The translations under genes and the position numbers were made by a program. From NCBI RefSeq assembly GCF_018350175.1, contig NC_058383.1, positions 27,716,001-27,780,000 on the forward strand: a stretch of 64,000 nucleotides of DNA, read 5' to 3'. Shown here in pieces: positions 1 through 12,177 of the stretch (position 1 is its first letter; each line of letters begins with the position of its first letter). Under the pieces are notes generated by a model, which saw nothing but the letters and a program-made list of their open reading frames with translations, was not told the DNA's origin and searched no databases. The DNA comes from Felis catus (Eukaryota).

Positions 1-314
1 CGTAAGTGCTGGCAGGCGGGAGCCAGGTCAGAGATGGGAGCAGGATCTCAGAGTTCAGGGTGACTAATGAAATGTTACACCTGCTGCCTCTCAAAGTAGA
101 ATTGATTGGATAAAAATTTAGTATACAAGAGTCATCCTGTGTTTGTTTCCTAGCCTTTCAGTGTCTGGAGATTAGGGCCTATTTCCCTGGAACCTGGAAG
201 ATGCTTTGAATTTCTAGTAAGATAAGCAGTGGCCTGGCACATGGGAGATGCTCTGTGTTTAAAAATTAAACACACTGGGGTGGGGGTGGGGGGACAATAA
301 CCATTGGTCACTCT

Positions 315-830
315 GTCAGTTAATTTTCATTTGGTATCACACAAACCTCTTTCCACATTACCCGAAGCACAAAGGGTATTTATTCACTTATGTAACTGAA
401 CATTTTAGGACCTGCACCAGCTGTAGGCAAGGCTTGATGAGGGGTTAAAATGGTATCACAACACCTAATTCCTCTTTCTTTAAACTGCAACTTGACTCAC
501 CTCATGGTGGCTTCATTTTCTTTTCTTTTTCTTTTACCCCTCCCCCACTTTTATTTTTAACAAGTTTTTCCATTATGATCAAAGACAACTGCAATGTTTT
601 AAAAACTTCTATCCTTTTGGCTTCTTTGTGGAAAGAGTGAGAATCTCTTTCCCAGGAGGCCCAGCAAAAAGCTCATTTTGCTTCACAGCCTCTGTCTAGG
701 TCACGTAACTAGCCACTGAACTAACCACTGTGGCAAATGAATAGATCTAAGTATGAACCAACTTACACTGGGTTCACTTGTCTTCCCTTGTAGTTAGGGA
801 AAGTGGGAGGGAGATCTCATCACCACCCAA
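315..830 (-). mobile_element. Old MaLR LTR remnant (MLT1J/K-like)
   Basis: Degenerate match to the reverse MLT1 LTR pattern (aaagggtatttattcacttatgtaactgaa...); boundaries approximate. Confidence 0.35.
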
Positions 831-1774
831 AAAAATGGATTGAAATGAGGGAGGACTAACTGATCCAGAGCTAAATCAGAGTACGCTTAAAAAGAGGAGT
901 GTGCCTCGATCTGGTGGCAAAGACCTCAGATCCAACACAGACATTAAAGAAAACGCTAACTGTGCCCTTTCAAGAAGCCACTCAAGGTTCCTTCTCTACA
1001 GAGTGTCAGGATCCACCTTCTATTTCCTGAAGCACAATCCATGCAACCCCTGCTCTTTGTGGGTGGATCCATCCATCCACGCCTCCTCCCTTCAGTCCTT
1101 GCCCTCCTTCAATTCTTAGGTAAGTCCTAAGGGAGGTAGGGAGTTTCCTCTGTGTCAAGGTGTTAGCTCTCACTCATTGTCTACTTAGTATATACCAGGC
1201 ATGGCACAACATACTTGATGCAAAACCCCCATCTGATTGTCACAAAAACTCTAGGAGGCCACGTCTGCTGTTTATAAGATGGGAAAAAATGAGTTTCAGG
1301 AAGATGATAAAACTCGGGTAAGATCAGACAGCTACTAACTGGGAGAAAATAAATCTAACTGTAATATGATTTCTGAGATACAACTGCATTATCTCCTTTC
1401 TCCACCATACTGAACCAATTCACGGCAAGGCTTCTGCTTAGATCTCCTTAGATCTGATGGTTTCCCAATCTAGCTTCCATTCCCACACTTCTTGTCTCAT
1501 GACTGTAAATATGTTTTAAGCTCAGACCATTGGCTGAGAGCCCAATGCCTGGTAGCATATCAAGCTGGCCTTATGGATATTATTACTATGTTTCCCACTT
1601 GAAGACTGCAGCCTGCTTGGTCCCAGGGATCCTACTCACTGCTTGTGTTTTTCATCCCTCTGCCTCCTTATTAGGAAAATCCACTTTGATAGAACTTTAC
1701 TTTGCTTGCTACCTTCCCTGCCAGTAAGAAGTTTCCTCCCACAAGGTAGGTAAGCCCAAAATTCAGAAAAAGAA

Positions 1775-2450
1775 ATACGAACGCCCCATAGCAATATGCA
1801 AAGATGCTCAATGTCACTGAGAATAAGAGAGATGCAAATTAAGACTACATTGAAATAACCATATAGGTTGGCTAATATAAAAAAAAAAATAGGGGCGCCT
1901 GGGTGGCTCAGTCAGTTGAGCGTCCAGCTTTGGCTCAGGTCATGATATCACGCTTTGTGAATTTGAGCCCCACATCGGGCTCTGTGCTGACAGCTCAGAG
2001 CCTGAAGCCTGCTTCGGATTCTGTGTCTCCTTCACTCTCTCTGCCCCTCCCCCAGCTCATACTCTGTCTCTCTCAAAAATAAAGAAGCATAAAAAATTTT
2101 TTTTTTAAATAGACAACATATTCTGTTGGTGAGACTATGGGTAAACAGATATTTTCAACTACTCTGGTGAGCTTGCAGAATGCTAGAACCATTAAAGAGA
2201 GGAAATTGCCAATGCTTACAAAAACCATGTACACATTTATCCTTTGACCAGCAATCCCACTTCAAGAACTCCATTACAAGGAGAAGTTGTCAAAAATCTG
2301 AGAGCACAAATGCAGAAGTCTATTCTGCGGCATTATTTGTAACATAGAAGACCAGAAAGTAACCAAATGTCCATCAATAAGGGACCAGTTTTAAATAAGG
2401 CAGTATGTGCACACAGTGGAGTACTATGCAACTGTGAAAAAGGAATAGGG
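1775..2450 (+). mobile_element. Old L1 (L1M-type) ORF2 3' end/3'UTR remnant, interrupted by a SINE and by MER82
   Basis: aagatgctcaatgtcactgagaataagagagatgcaaattaagactac; gaccagcaatcccacttc; aaccaaatgtccatcaataagg; gtggagtactatgca are typical L1 3' motifs. Confidence 0.75.
1892..2106 (+). mobile_element. Can-SINE (SINEC_Fc type)
   Basis: ggggcgcctgggtggctcagtc tRNA-like head, gacagctcagagcctg body, CT-rich tract, A/T tail; short aaatag TSD. Confidence 0.95.
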
Positions 2451-2454
2451 AATG

Positions 2455-3099
2455 CAATTGCTCTTTATTATCTACAATTCTGTATTTGCAAATTAACCCA
2501 CTAGCTAAAATTTATTTGTAATCCCCAAATCAATATTGATAGCGCTTTTTATAGTCATTCCCAGCGATGCATATGCACAGAAGAGCAAAAACATTGACTT
2601 GTCTGATGTGTACATTCCCAGATAGGGTCAAATAAGGAAACTTTCTGCCTTCTTTTTTCGGTTCTCATATATAAACTTGTGTCCTTTATACAGTATTTAG
2701 TGTCATATTTTCACACTTGTGTGCTTTTCGGTGATTTCACTGTTTAAAATACCCATGCATAATGCCAAAGTATTATCAAGAGGTCCTAAGCAAAAGAAAA
2801 CTGTGATGTGTCTGGCAGAGAAAATATGTGTGTTTTGTTAGATAACTTTGTTCAGGCATGAGTTATAATGTCTGAGTTCAATGTTAATGAATGCACAGTA
2901 TATATTAAATAAGGGGTCTTTAAACAAAAACACACATAAAACAAGTTCATGTATTGATTGGTTGACAAGAAATTTGTGACCAGAGGCTCATAGGAATCTA
3001 ACCATGTATTTCCCCTAGGAGCAAGGATTCAGGATTTTCTGGTCCAGTGTTCATGGCAACTTTATAGAATATAACTACAGCAAATGATGGAAATTTCCT
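2455..3099 (+). mobile_element. MER82-like TcMar-Tigger DNA transposon fossil
   Basis: Colinear with the recalled MER82 consensus: gctaaaatttatttgtaatccccaaatcaata ... gagttcaatgttaatgaa ... gtatttcccctaggagcaa ... ctttatagaatataactac. Confidence 0.85.
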
Positions 3100-3258
3100 A
3101 TATTTCTACACAGTGACAAGGTATGATCTCCAGGATGCATTCTCATTTTAAAAAGTAAGGTGCAAAAGGATGATGATTACAGAATGCTACCTGTTTAAAC
3201 TATGAAAGGGAACAGATATGAATAGATACTTATTTGTTTATATAGAAGAAAACAATGA

Positions 3259-3449
3259 GGGGCAGGCACATAGGTGGCTCAGTCAATTAAGCATCTGACC
3301 CTTTGCTTCGGCCCAGGTCATGATCTTGTGGTTTGTGAGTTCGAGCCCCACTGTCAGCACAGAGCCTGCTTGGGATTCTATGTCTCCCTCTCTGCCCCTC
3401 CCCTCTCAATCTCTCTTAAAAATAATAATAAATAAATAAACTTAAAAAC
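3259..3449 (+). mobile_element. Can-SINE
   Basis: SINE head and body, (aata)n tail; TSD aagaaaacaatga (3246-3258) / aagaaaaacaatga (3450-3463). Confidence 0.92.
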
Positions 3450-4499
3450 AAGAAAAACAATGAAAGAAGACACAACGAAAAAAAGTTACCTAATGGAAAT
3501 GGTAAAAAAATATGATGTGGAAGGGAGAGGAATGGACACTAGACTTCCCTGAACACAGTCTGTTCCAAATATTTTACATCTTAAGCAAGTATTTGTTTTT
3601 TTATTTTAATATTTATAAAACAATATTTTAACAAAAATACATAATAAAATTAAATCAAACCTTTAAGAAGCAATCCCTCAAAATCTAAGACAAAATGAAA
3701 TAAGTGAACTAAAGTGTGTATCACGTTGGTGGCTTAACAGTGAAGAATTAGGTTAAACCACTTTAAAATACAGTAATTTGCCTCATGTCCCCACCGGGAT
3801 ACAGCCTAAGGTTAAAAAGAACTGCAAAGAAATTGCAAGTTGTTTTCGGAAATCATATTTTTGAGTTGTAATATTGATTTTGTTATTCTGGGACTGTTGT
3901 AAGAATGCTGTAGGATAAAGCAAGTGAGTATTTATGTTGCTGTAACCAGGGCTGAGGATTTTGTCATGGGGAAGCAATACCCAAGTACAGAATCAGAAAA
4001 CCTGGATAAGCCCTCTGAGCCTAAATGTTAGTTGCAGACAGTGGGAGGTACACATGATGTGTTTTTTTCTTGTAAAAATACCCACTTCCTAGCTCTATCT
4101 ACATAAAGGTCCTAGAAATAGTAACGCAGCCCAGACTGTGGTTTCTAAATACCATTTCCCACTAAAGGGAATGAGGGCTCTTTGGGGAAGTGGCCAAAAA
4201 ATATAAAATGTGAGCCCAAAACATCAGACTGTACCAGAAGGCAAGAGAGTTAGCAAAGACCACTGGAATCCACAAGATACAAGAGGGGTTCCAAGAAGAT
4301 ATTCCTACTAATCAAAGGTAGTTCAATTTTCACTTGAAAAAGAAGGATATACACAATGAATTAAAATAATTAAATATGTTAAACATCAGTGAATTCAAAA
4401 TAATACTTTAAAAAAAAACCTCAAGAAAATTCTTTTTTTTTTTTAGAAGTATCTCAACTAATAATGAAGGAATGATGCATTTAGAATACCACCACTTTC

Positions 4500-4565
4500 A
4501 GAGGGAGCCAAGATGGCAGAACAGCATGGAAGTTTTTTTTGTGTGTGTGTTTCCCGTCAATTAAA
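4500..4565 (+). mobile_element. 66-bp insertion resembling the extreme 5' end of a carnivore L1, flanked by a perfect TSD
   Basis: gagggagccaagatggcagaacagcatggaag (L1 start with YY1 motif); identical tagaataccaccactttc at 4482-4499 and 4566-4583. Confidence 0.75.
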
Positions 4566-5304
4566 TAGAATACCACCACTTTCTGCCTCTAAAAAAATAA
4601 TGGATCTAGGCAACGATTTCAATGGTGGCTAAAGTAATTGGGTAAAAAGTTAAAGCAGAACTTTATTATGGGTGGATCAGGATGACAGCACCTATACTCA
4701 CTGGTAAATCTTAAAGACAGTCAATCAAAATGGGTATGCATCTTGATGTAATGTATTATAGAGTACATGATAGCCCACATAAAATATCATTCCCATCTCC
4801 CTCCAAAAATTGAACCTAGATATAACCAATTTACCAATTTACAAGAAAAAGACAGCATAGAGGAACATGTTCCATGATACTGCAGGTATGAATCAGTCAA
4901 GTGTGGGATGCTGGAAATGCTACCAAACAAACAAATCAGAAACTTGAAAACAGATAAATGGAGAAAAACATGGTCTCTTTAAATTAAAAGAAACCCAAGA
5001 GATATATCAAGGTAATGCAGTATATGGATATTAAGCAGAATTTAATTCAATAAAATCAATGATATTGCACGTGTGCACACGTGCGTGAGCGCACACACAC
5101 ACACACACAGGATAGCTGAGGAACTGTGGACAGTATCTGGATATTTATGATATTAATGAATTATTTTTAGGTATGATGCTGGTACTGTAGTTATGTTTTT
5201 GGAAAGTCCTTATATTTTAGAGATGCATTCTTAATATTTATGGATAGACTGGTACATCATCAGGAAATTGCCTTAACATCATCCAAGGGGAGGGAAGCCA
5301 TACT

Positions 5305-5409
5305 GTGGCCATTCACCTTGATCTGCTGGTATTGAAGGGATTCCAGGACAATGGACATCACTGCTAAAACTGGGAAAGTCTGGACAAACTGGGATGGTTG
5401 GTTACCCTG
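5305..5409. mobile_element. MER96-like hAT MITE
   Basis: ctgctaaaactgggaaagtctggacaaactgggatggttggttaccctg matches the MER96 end. Confidence 0.55.
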
Positions 5410-6094
5410 TGAGTGACATTAAAGGGGAACAAGAATGACCCCATGATGATAATGACGAGCTTCATTTTAGGATTCTCTTGACTTATGATTTGTCAGAAAA
5501 TTTTCATGGAAAATAAAACAAGGTACTATCTCTTCTGTGTAGTTGGACCTACGGAGCTCATGGCTGTGTCACTTCCCCCAACTGCTACCCTATACCGGCA
5601 TCTGGACTTTCCACTGGCCTCTGTATTCCCATCTACCAACCCCTCCTCCCCATAAAACCAAACACAAAACAGAAGTTGTAAGTATGGCAGTTAGAGAAGC
5701 CTGGCCCTGGGGTGATGAGAACAGACAGACAGTGACCCAGAGTGGAGAGCCCCATAAAGGAGACAGTCAAGGATTTGGGCTCTGAGTCAATTGGTTTGCA
5801 TAATAAAGGCATGCTCTCAGTCATCTACTATCTCTAGGATAGTGCTGGGAGGGCCCCAAGATGTCAAAGCATCAAAGGCAGACACTAGAAAAAGTGGTTG
5901 TTATATTATTGTTTATATTGGAGAACCTGGATGTCCAACTTTGATTTTAAGGAAGAGTTCTGATTTCAGAATGTTAAATGTGGAAAATGAAGGAAAGTGT
6001 GTGTCTTACATCCAAGATAGTGTGAAGAAGGTCAGACACTATTCTAAGCGCTTTGCTCACATCTCCTTATTGAACCCTTGCAGCAATCCTGCAG

Positions 6095-6380
6095 GACAGC
6101 CTCTACACCCTAGAACCTGCTGAAATTACTCAAACTAGATAAGCCTGCTTATCCTTCTTCTCCTGCTCTTTTCCATAAAAACCACAATAAAGGCTCGTGC
6201 CCACTCTGTCCCCCCAGGCCCTGTGCCTTCTGCCCAACCCTGGTATTTCCACAGGTGGCCCTGCATGGCACGCTGCACCTGTTTCTAGGGACTAATGAGT
6301 AAAAACTTCTTCCTTCCTGTCATTTCCATATCTCTGTGCTTTACCACACTGAATTAAAACAAATCCCAACTACCCTTAAA
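6095..6380 (+). mobile_element. ERVL LTR 3' part (MER74-like)
   Basis: aagcctgcttatcc...aaaccacaataaaggctcgtgcccac polyA-signal region. Confidence 0.5.
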
Positions 6381-8291
6381 ACAATCAGAAGCCAACCCCG
6401 GCCTAGGTTAAGAAGAAAGAAAGAAAAAAAAAAACCCTCACAGATGTTAAAGGTAGAACATGCAACCAGATTCAGAACATAAGCAAAGCCCAGAGAAGTT
6501 TAACAGCCAAAACATTTCATAGAAACATTCTTTTAGGAGGCTATCACTGATGCAGCCACCCCTGGATGCTCAGTGCAGGGTCCCCTGAGCTCTCAATGTT
6601 GCCACTGCCACTGGACACTTGACGTTTCCATTACAAGATCCTCAAGTTTGAAGGTCATAGGCCCAAACTTCTGGCTGACCAAGGCTGTATGCTTTAACTA
6701 TAGTCCAGGTGCCAGGACGTGAGAGAGAGGGACTTTCTGGCCCCTTGGCTTCTACCATTATTTCCCACTGGATGCTTAAAGGAAGAGTCTCCTAAAAATA
6801 AGAATGTTTACCCCTTGGGTAGCAAAAAGGTCAAAAGATAGTAAGAGAAGCAAAAAACAAAAAACCAACTTGCTAAGGAGATGAGTAAGCTTTATCTTGC
6901 CATTGCTGAGCACATGCTAACTTCGCCAAATACCTTGGCATAATAAATCATGGAATTATCAAAGCCAGGAGAGATTGGTGTTAATTGATTAATGGGCCGT
7001 GAAGGACTAGTCAGGGACTGTATATCTATCTATCATAAAGGTTCCAATGACTTTTCAGAGAAGCCTTTTAACTTCTTCAGCATCTAATTCAATTAAAGGA
7101 TTACAATTTTCACTGAATAGAAACTGTAGATGAGAAGCCAATACTCTTCATTTTGATTCAAAATTATATTATCAATCCTAAGAACATGAAAGAGGTCAAG
7201 TAGCAGGAGTCATGATAAAAAGCAGCACATCAAGATGACTCTGCGGGAATGTCTGCTGCCCAAAGTCATTCGGGAGAGGCTTGGGATTCAGAATACAAAG
7301 AGGCTGGACTCAAAATGGATTGTGGTTTTGAAAGAAAAGGGAACCGAATTTTAAAGACAAATTAAAGCTATTTTGATGAGTAAAATAAAATTGTCTACAA
7401 TTTAACAGTACTTCTCCTTCCATCCTATACCCTCCCCCCAAAAGTTGTCATTAAACCCGTGGTGGATTTTAGAATCAATAAGATAACTGTGGTAAACGTC
7501 CAATTAACTTTGATTTAAAGACATGGCCTTGGGGTAGAATCATCCAGACCTAGCTATACTTTCTTCTTTTCCTTTCCTGACCAAATGCTCTTTGCCTGAA
7601 CTTCCGCAACTCTGTAGAGTCCCTAGTCCCATGTCTGTGCTGAGTGGAGTATAGGGACCAGAGCACCTCAAGTCTTTGATGCCCCACCCATTCCCCCACC
7701 CATGAGCAAGGCCAGGAAGCAGTCTCTGCTGTACGGAGAAAGAGACCACTGGGATGAAAGGGTCGGTGGACAGACTGATGGCTGGAGATTCACTTCTTGG
7801 CTTCAGCCCTGAGCCAGTGACCAGAGGCCCTGAGAATGTTTGGGAAATGTGTCCTTCCTTCCTGTTGAGCCTGTTAGAGCACAGAGAAATGGGAGCTGGG
7901 TTTCAGCAGGAGAATGCAGCTGCCCTTGGGTCCATCACCTGTAACGTATTCAAGGCCAGGAGCCATGCATGTATCACTAAAAACACCCAGATCTCCTCCA
8001 AATCTCATTTCTAAAAATGGTGAACCTTCCTTTATCTGACTGCATTCAAAATTTATTGTTGGATTCCACTTTTTGTTTGCTCATTATGTTTCAGGAACTC
8101 TATGAAGACTACCTCATTTAAGCCTCACAAATGCTTTGTCGATATTGGTATCATTTCTCCTGCTCCCCATTTTATAGATGATGTAATTGAGCTGTGGAGT
8201 TGGAGACAGGATTTGACTCCAAGCTGTGTGTGTAAAACTCATTTGAACTTCTCAGCACTGGATTGAATAATGAGATTCCCCGCCAAACATG

Positions 8292-10510
8292 CTTTTTTCT
8301 TTAATAACAGCTCTACTGATGTATAATTCACACACCATATGATTCACCCTTTTAAAATATATGATTCAATAGTTTTTAGTGTATTTATAGAATTATACAG
8401 CCACACCCAATATCTAATTCCGGAATATTTTCATCACCCCCAAAAGAAATTCTATTTCTATTACCAGTCACTTATTCTCCCCACCCCAGCCCCTGGCTAC
8501 CACTAATCTATTTTCTGTCTCTTTCAATTTTATATTCTGGAAATTTCACATAAGTGGAATCATAAAATATGTGGCCTTTTGGGTATGACTGCTTTTACTT
8601 AGCATAATGTTTTCAAAATTCATCTATGTTGCCACATGGGTACTTCATTCCTTTTTATGACTGAATAATATTCCAATGTATAGACATACCACAATTTGTC
8701 TATTCATTCATCAATGGACGGACATTTGGGCTATTTCCACTTTTTTTGCTGCCATAAATAATGTGCCATGCATATCCATGTATAAGCTTACGTATAGACA
8801 TATGTTTTCCACGTTTGTAGGTAGATATCTACAAGTGGAATTTCCAGAATTTGTGGTCAGTCTATGTCTATCTTTTGAAGGGCTACCAAGCTGCTTTCCA
8901 CAATGACTGTACATTTTACATTCCCATCAGCAGTGTATGAGGGTCCCAATTTGCCCACATCCTAGCCAACACATGTTACTGTCTTTTTTATTAAAGTCAT
9001 CCCAACAAGTATGAAACTGTATCTCATTATAGTTTTGATTTGCATTCTCCTAGTGATTAATGATATTGAGCATCTTTTCATGTTCTTAAAAAAGACCATT
9101 TGTGTATCTTCTTTGGAGAAGTATCTATTCAAATTTTTTCCCCACTTTTAAATTGGTATCTTTGTCTTTTCATTGTTGATTTGTGAGAGTTCCTTATAAA
9201 TTCTCAAGACAAGCCCCCCATCAGATATGTTATTTGCAAACATATTATCCCATTCTGTGAGTTTTCTTTCCTCTTTCTTGACAGTCTCCTTTGAAGCACA
9301 AAGTTTTTAATTTTGATAACGTCCACTCTATTTTTTCTTAAGTTGCTTGTGCTTTTAGTGTCATATCTAAGAAACTACTGCCACATACAAGGTCATGAAA
9401 ATCTATTCCTTTATTTTGTTCTAAGAGTTTTACAGCTTTAGCTCTTAGATTTAAATCTATGAACTATTTTCAGTGGATTTTTGTATATGGTATAAGGTAG
9501 GAATTCAATTTCCCTCTTTTGTATGTGGATACCCAGGTGCCCCAGTACCATTTGTTGAAAATACTATTGTTTCCTCTATATATAATTATTATGGTAACAC
9601 TGTCGAAAATTTAAGGATTTATTTCTAGACTCTCAGTTATCTTCCATGAATCTATATGTTTACCCTCATGCCAATAGACATTGTCTTGATTACTACTGCA
9701 TTATAGTAAGTTAGCAATAGGGAAACCTTAGTTTGCCACCTTTATTCTTTCTTTCTTTCTTTCTTTTTTTTTTTTTTTTTTTTTTTTTTGCCATGAACTC
9801 TGGGACTATTCTGGGTCCCTTGTATTTCCATGTGAATTTTCAGAGCAGCTTGTCAAATTATACATCTGGGAATCTGATAGGGATTGCACTGACTTTTTTT
9901 TCATGTTTATTTATATATTTATTTTGAGAGAGATACAGAGAGCACAAATAGGATGGTGGGGGCAGAGAGAGAAGGAGAGAAAATCCCAAGGAGGAAGCAG
10001 GCTCTACACTGTCAGCGCAGAGCCTGACATGGGACTTGATCCCACAAATTGCAAAATTATGACTGAACCACCCAGGTACCCCTGCACTGAATTTTTTAAT
10101 CAATTTGGCGAATATCAATATATTATGATATTAAGTCTTAACATCAATATTAAGTGTTCCAATTAATGAATACGAGATTTATTTCTATTTATTTAGATCT
10201 TCTTCAATTTCTTCTAATGATTTCTTTTAGTTTTCAGTGTATAAGTCTTAAATTTCCTTTGTTGAATCTATTCCTAAATATTTTATTCTTTTGGATGCTA
10301 TTGTAAATGAAATTTTCTTAATTTCTTTTTGGATTAGTCAATGCTACTGTAAATAAATACAACTGATTTTTGTATATTCTTCTTATATCATGCATCCTTA
10401 CTGATCATATTTGCTACTTCTAATACATTTCTGCATGTGAATTCTCTTTGTTTTTTACGAAGTCTAAACTTTCTGCATTTCTGCATGTGAATTCTTTAAG
10501 ATCTCCTATA
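8292..10510 (-). mobile_element. L1MB-like 3' portion (ORF2 C-terminus and 3'UTR)
   Basis: Reverse L1 motifs: tataattcacacaccatatgattcaccc, cattcccatcagcagtgtatgagggt, ttgatttgcattctcctagtgattaatgatattgagcatc, cagtaccatttgttgaaaa. Confidence 0.9.
9893..10082 (-). mobile_element. Can-SINE with internal deletion, inserted in L1
   Basis: Reverse SINE ending ccacccaggtacccc; TSD tgcactga at 9885-9892 and 10083-10090. Confidence 0.9.
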
Positions 10511-10649
10511 TACATCCTTCAAACACTGCTGAGTGAAAGCCTGAATCCCTGGATGGTCTCTTCAGATCCAAACTTCCCATTATTTATAAGCATGACCCTC
10601 TCTTACCGGATGGTTCTAATGCATTTGTTTGTTGTTGTTTCATTAATTT

Positions 10650-11062
10650 CACCACCTAGTAGCTATTCCCTTAACTTCTGGAACCAGCACCCAAATTTTT
10701 TTCCAAGAATGCACTCCCTCTCCTGTCTCAGTTCATAGCCTTTGGGGAGCTCCAGTTCCAGGGGTGGACACACAATACAAACATGGTCCTCACATCTATG
10801 TGGCCATTATAATTGGTTTGGGCTGAGCCTATAGCACAATGAGACCAATGAGCTGCATTCTCCCCCACAAGGAAAATCCCCCACACGGTCACACATTTTT
10901 CTTTTCTGTTGCACTTGAGGTCAACACAAAGACGAGAGATGGAGAAAGACTGGTTCTGATTACATCACATCAACCCAGGATCACACCAAATCCTCAACTG
11001 TTCAAGTCTGTGATCTAATAAACTCTCCTTAGCAGTTACCCAGTTCAGAGTCTGTGGCTTGC
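10650..11062 (+). mobile_element. Old ERVL LTR (LTR16-like)
   Basis: ctccagttccaggggtggacac..., taataaactctccttag...gtggcttgca; highly diverged. Confidence 0.35.
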
Positions 11063-11949
11063 ACTGATGTCACTTCAGATCATGGGCCAGGTGTTACTAC
11101 TCATAAAAGACCATAGTATCTTCCCCTTGTAACTCCTAAGCGTTCTATTTTAAGTAAAAAGCATAAGAAACACTTTTTTTTTAATGCTATCATGTTTTAC
11201 CTTTCCATTCCATGAAGGAGGCTCAAATCAAGAAAACTGATTTTCATGTGGGGCACACATATTTGTATTATTTAGCTTTGCATGTGGCAATGCACTTTGC
11301 TTAAACTCCGTGTGCAGTGCCTCTAGTGATTAATTTTATGTATATACAACAGCCCAGGCTCCCTTCTCTCCCAGTGGTTTTGCTCATGGTGACTGTGCTC
11401 TCAGAGGGTCTGAGGCCATGAAGACTCATCATGCATAGTATTTTTTAAACTAATTCCATTAGATGGAAGCAACCAGTTTATTTTACTGGGAGGCTCTTCT
11501 AGAAGGGATTTTGCATAATATCCAACAGTGTTAAGCAAGGGGAAAAAAAAAGATACTCCTTTAAATAACCAGTTCCACAAGGGAGGCCCTTTACGTTTAC
11601 ATCTTTGTACGTCACATAAACTCCAACCTTGAATTCCAGAGAGAGGGAGAGAGAGAGAGAGAGCGCTACCCTCAGTTTATCATGTCACATTCACCAAGAA
11701 CTGCAGAGGTTTCTCAGCTCTGGGTACTAAAAACTGTCCTTCTGGTTAAATTATTTTAGCTGATAGAAAATAGGAAATTACTCTGGTAAAGAAAGTTCTT
11801 TTCTTTCCCAGCTGTAGAATGATTTAGAAAGAGGGGACTAGGAAGGTCAGAGAGTGGTCCCCTGACCAAATGGGGTTGATTTATCATTTGCCACCTTTAT
11901 AAAGTAAAGGCACACAGGAGTGCTTAACAGCTTAGACTTGTAATTTCTC

Positions 11950-12177
11950 AAACATGGATCAAAACTTTGCCTTCACCACTCACTAGAAGGTGCCGCTGGG
12001 AAAGTTACTGACCCACACTGAGCTTCCAACCCCTGAATCCTAATCCCATCTGTAAAATGGGAGTAATAATAAAACCGATTTCATAGGGCTTTTGGAGGAC
12101 TGAATGGGATGATGTAAAATGCATTTAGTTCCCGGTGCCTAATAAGTACTTAATAAATATTATGTTACTGTTGTTAC
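11950..12177 (+). mobile_element. MIR SINE
   Basis: MIR core catctgtaaaatgggagtaataataaaa...tcataggg...aagtacttaataaatatt. Confidence 0.8.

Larger units (their letters stand above)
3100..5290 (+). mobile_element. Old L1MC-like 3'UTR remnant with younger insertions
   Basis: ttcccactaaagggaatgagggctctttggggaagtggcc and ggatatttatgatattaatgaattatttttaggtatgatg...gtccttatattttagagatgcat resemble the L1MC 3'UTR. Confidence 0.55.

Noticed and set aside
1..10. gtaagt splice-donor motif at the window start
   Set aside because: The upstream exon would lie outside the window, and the hexamer alone is not evidence
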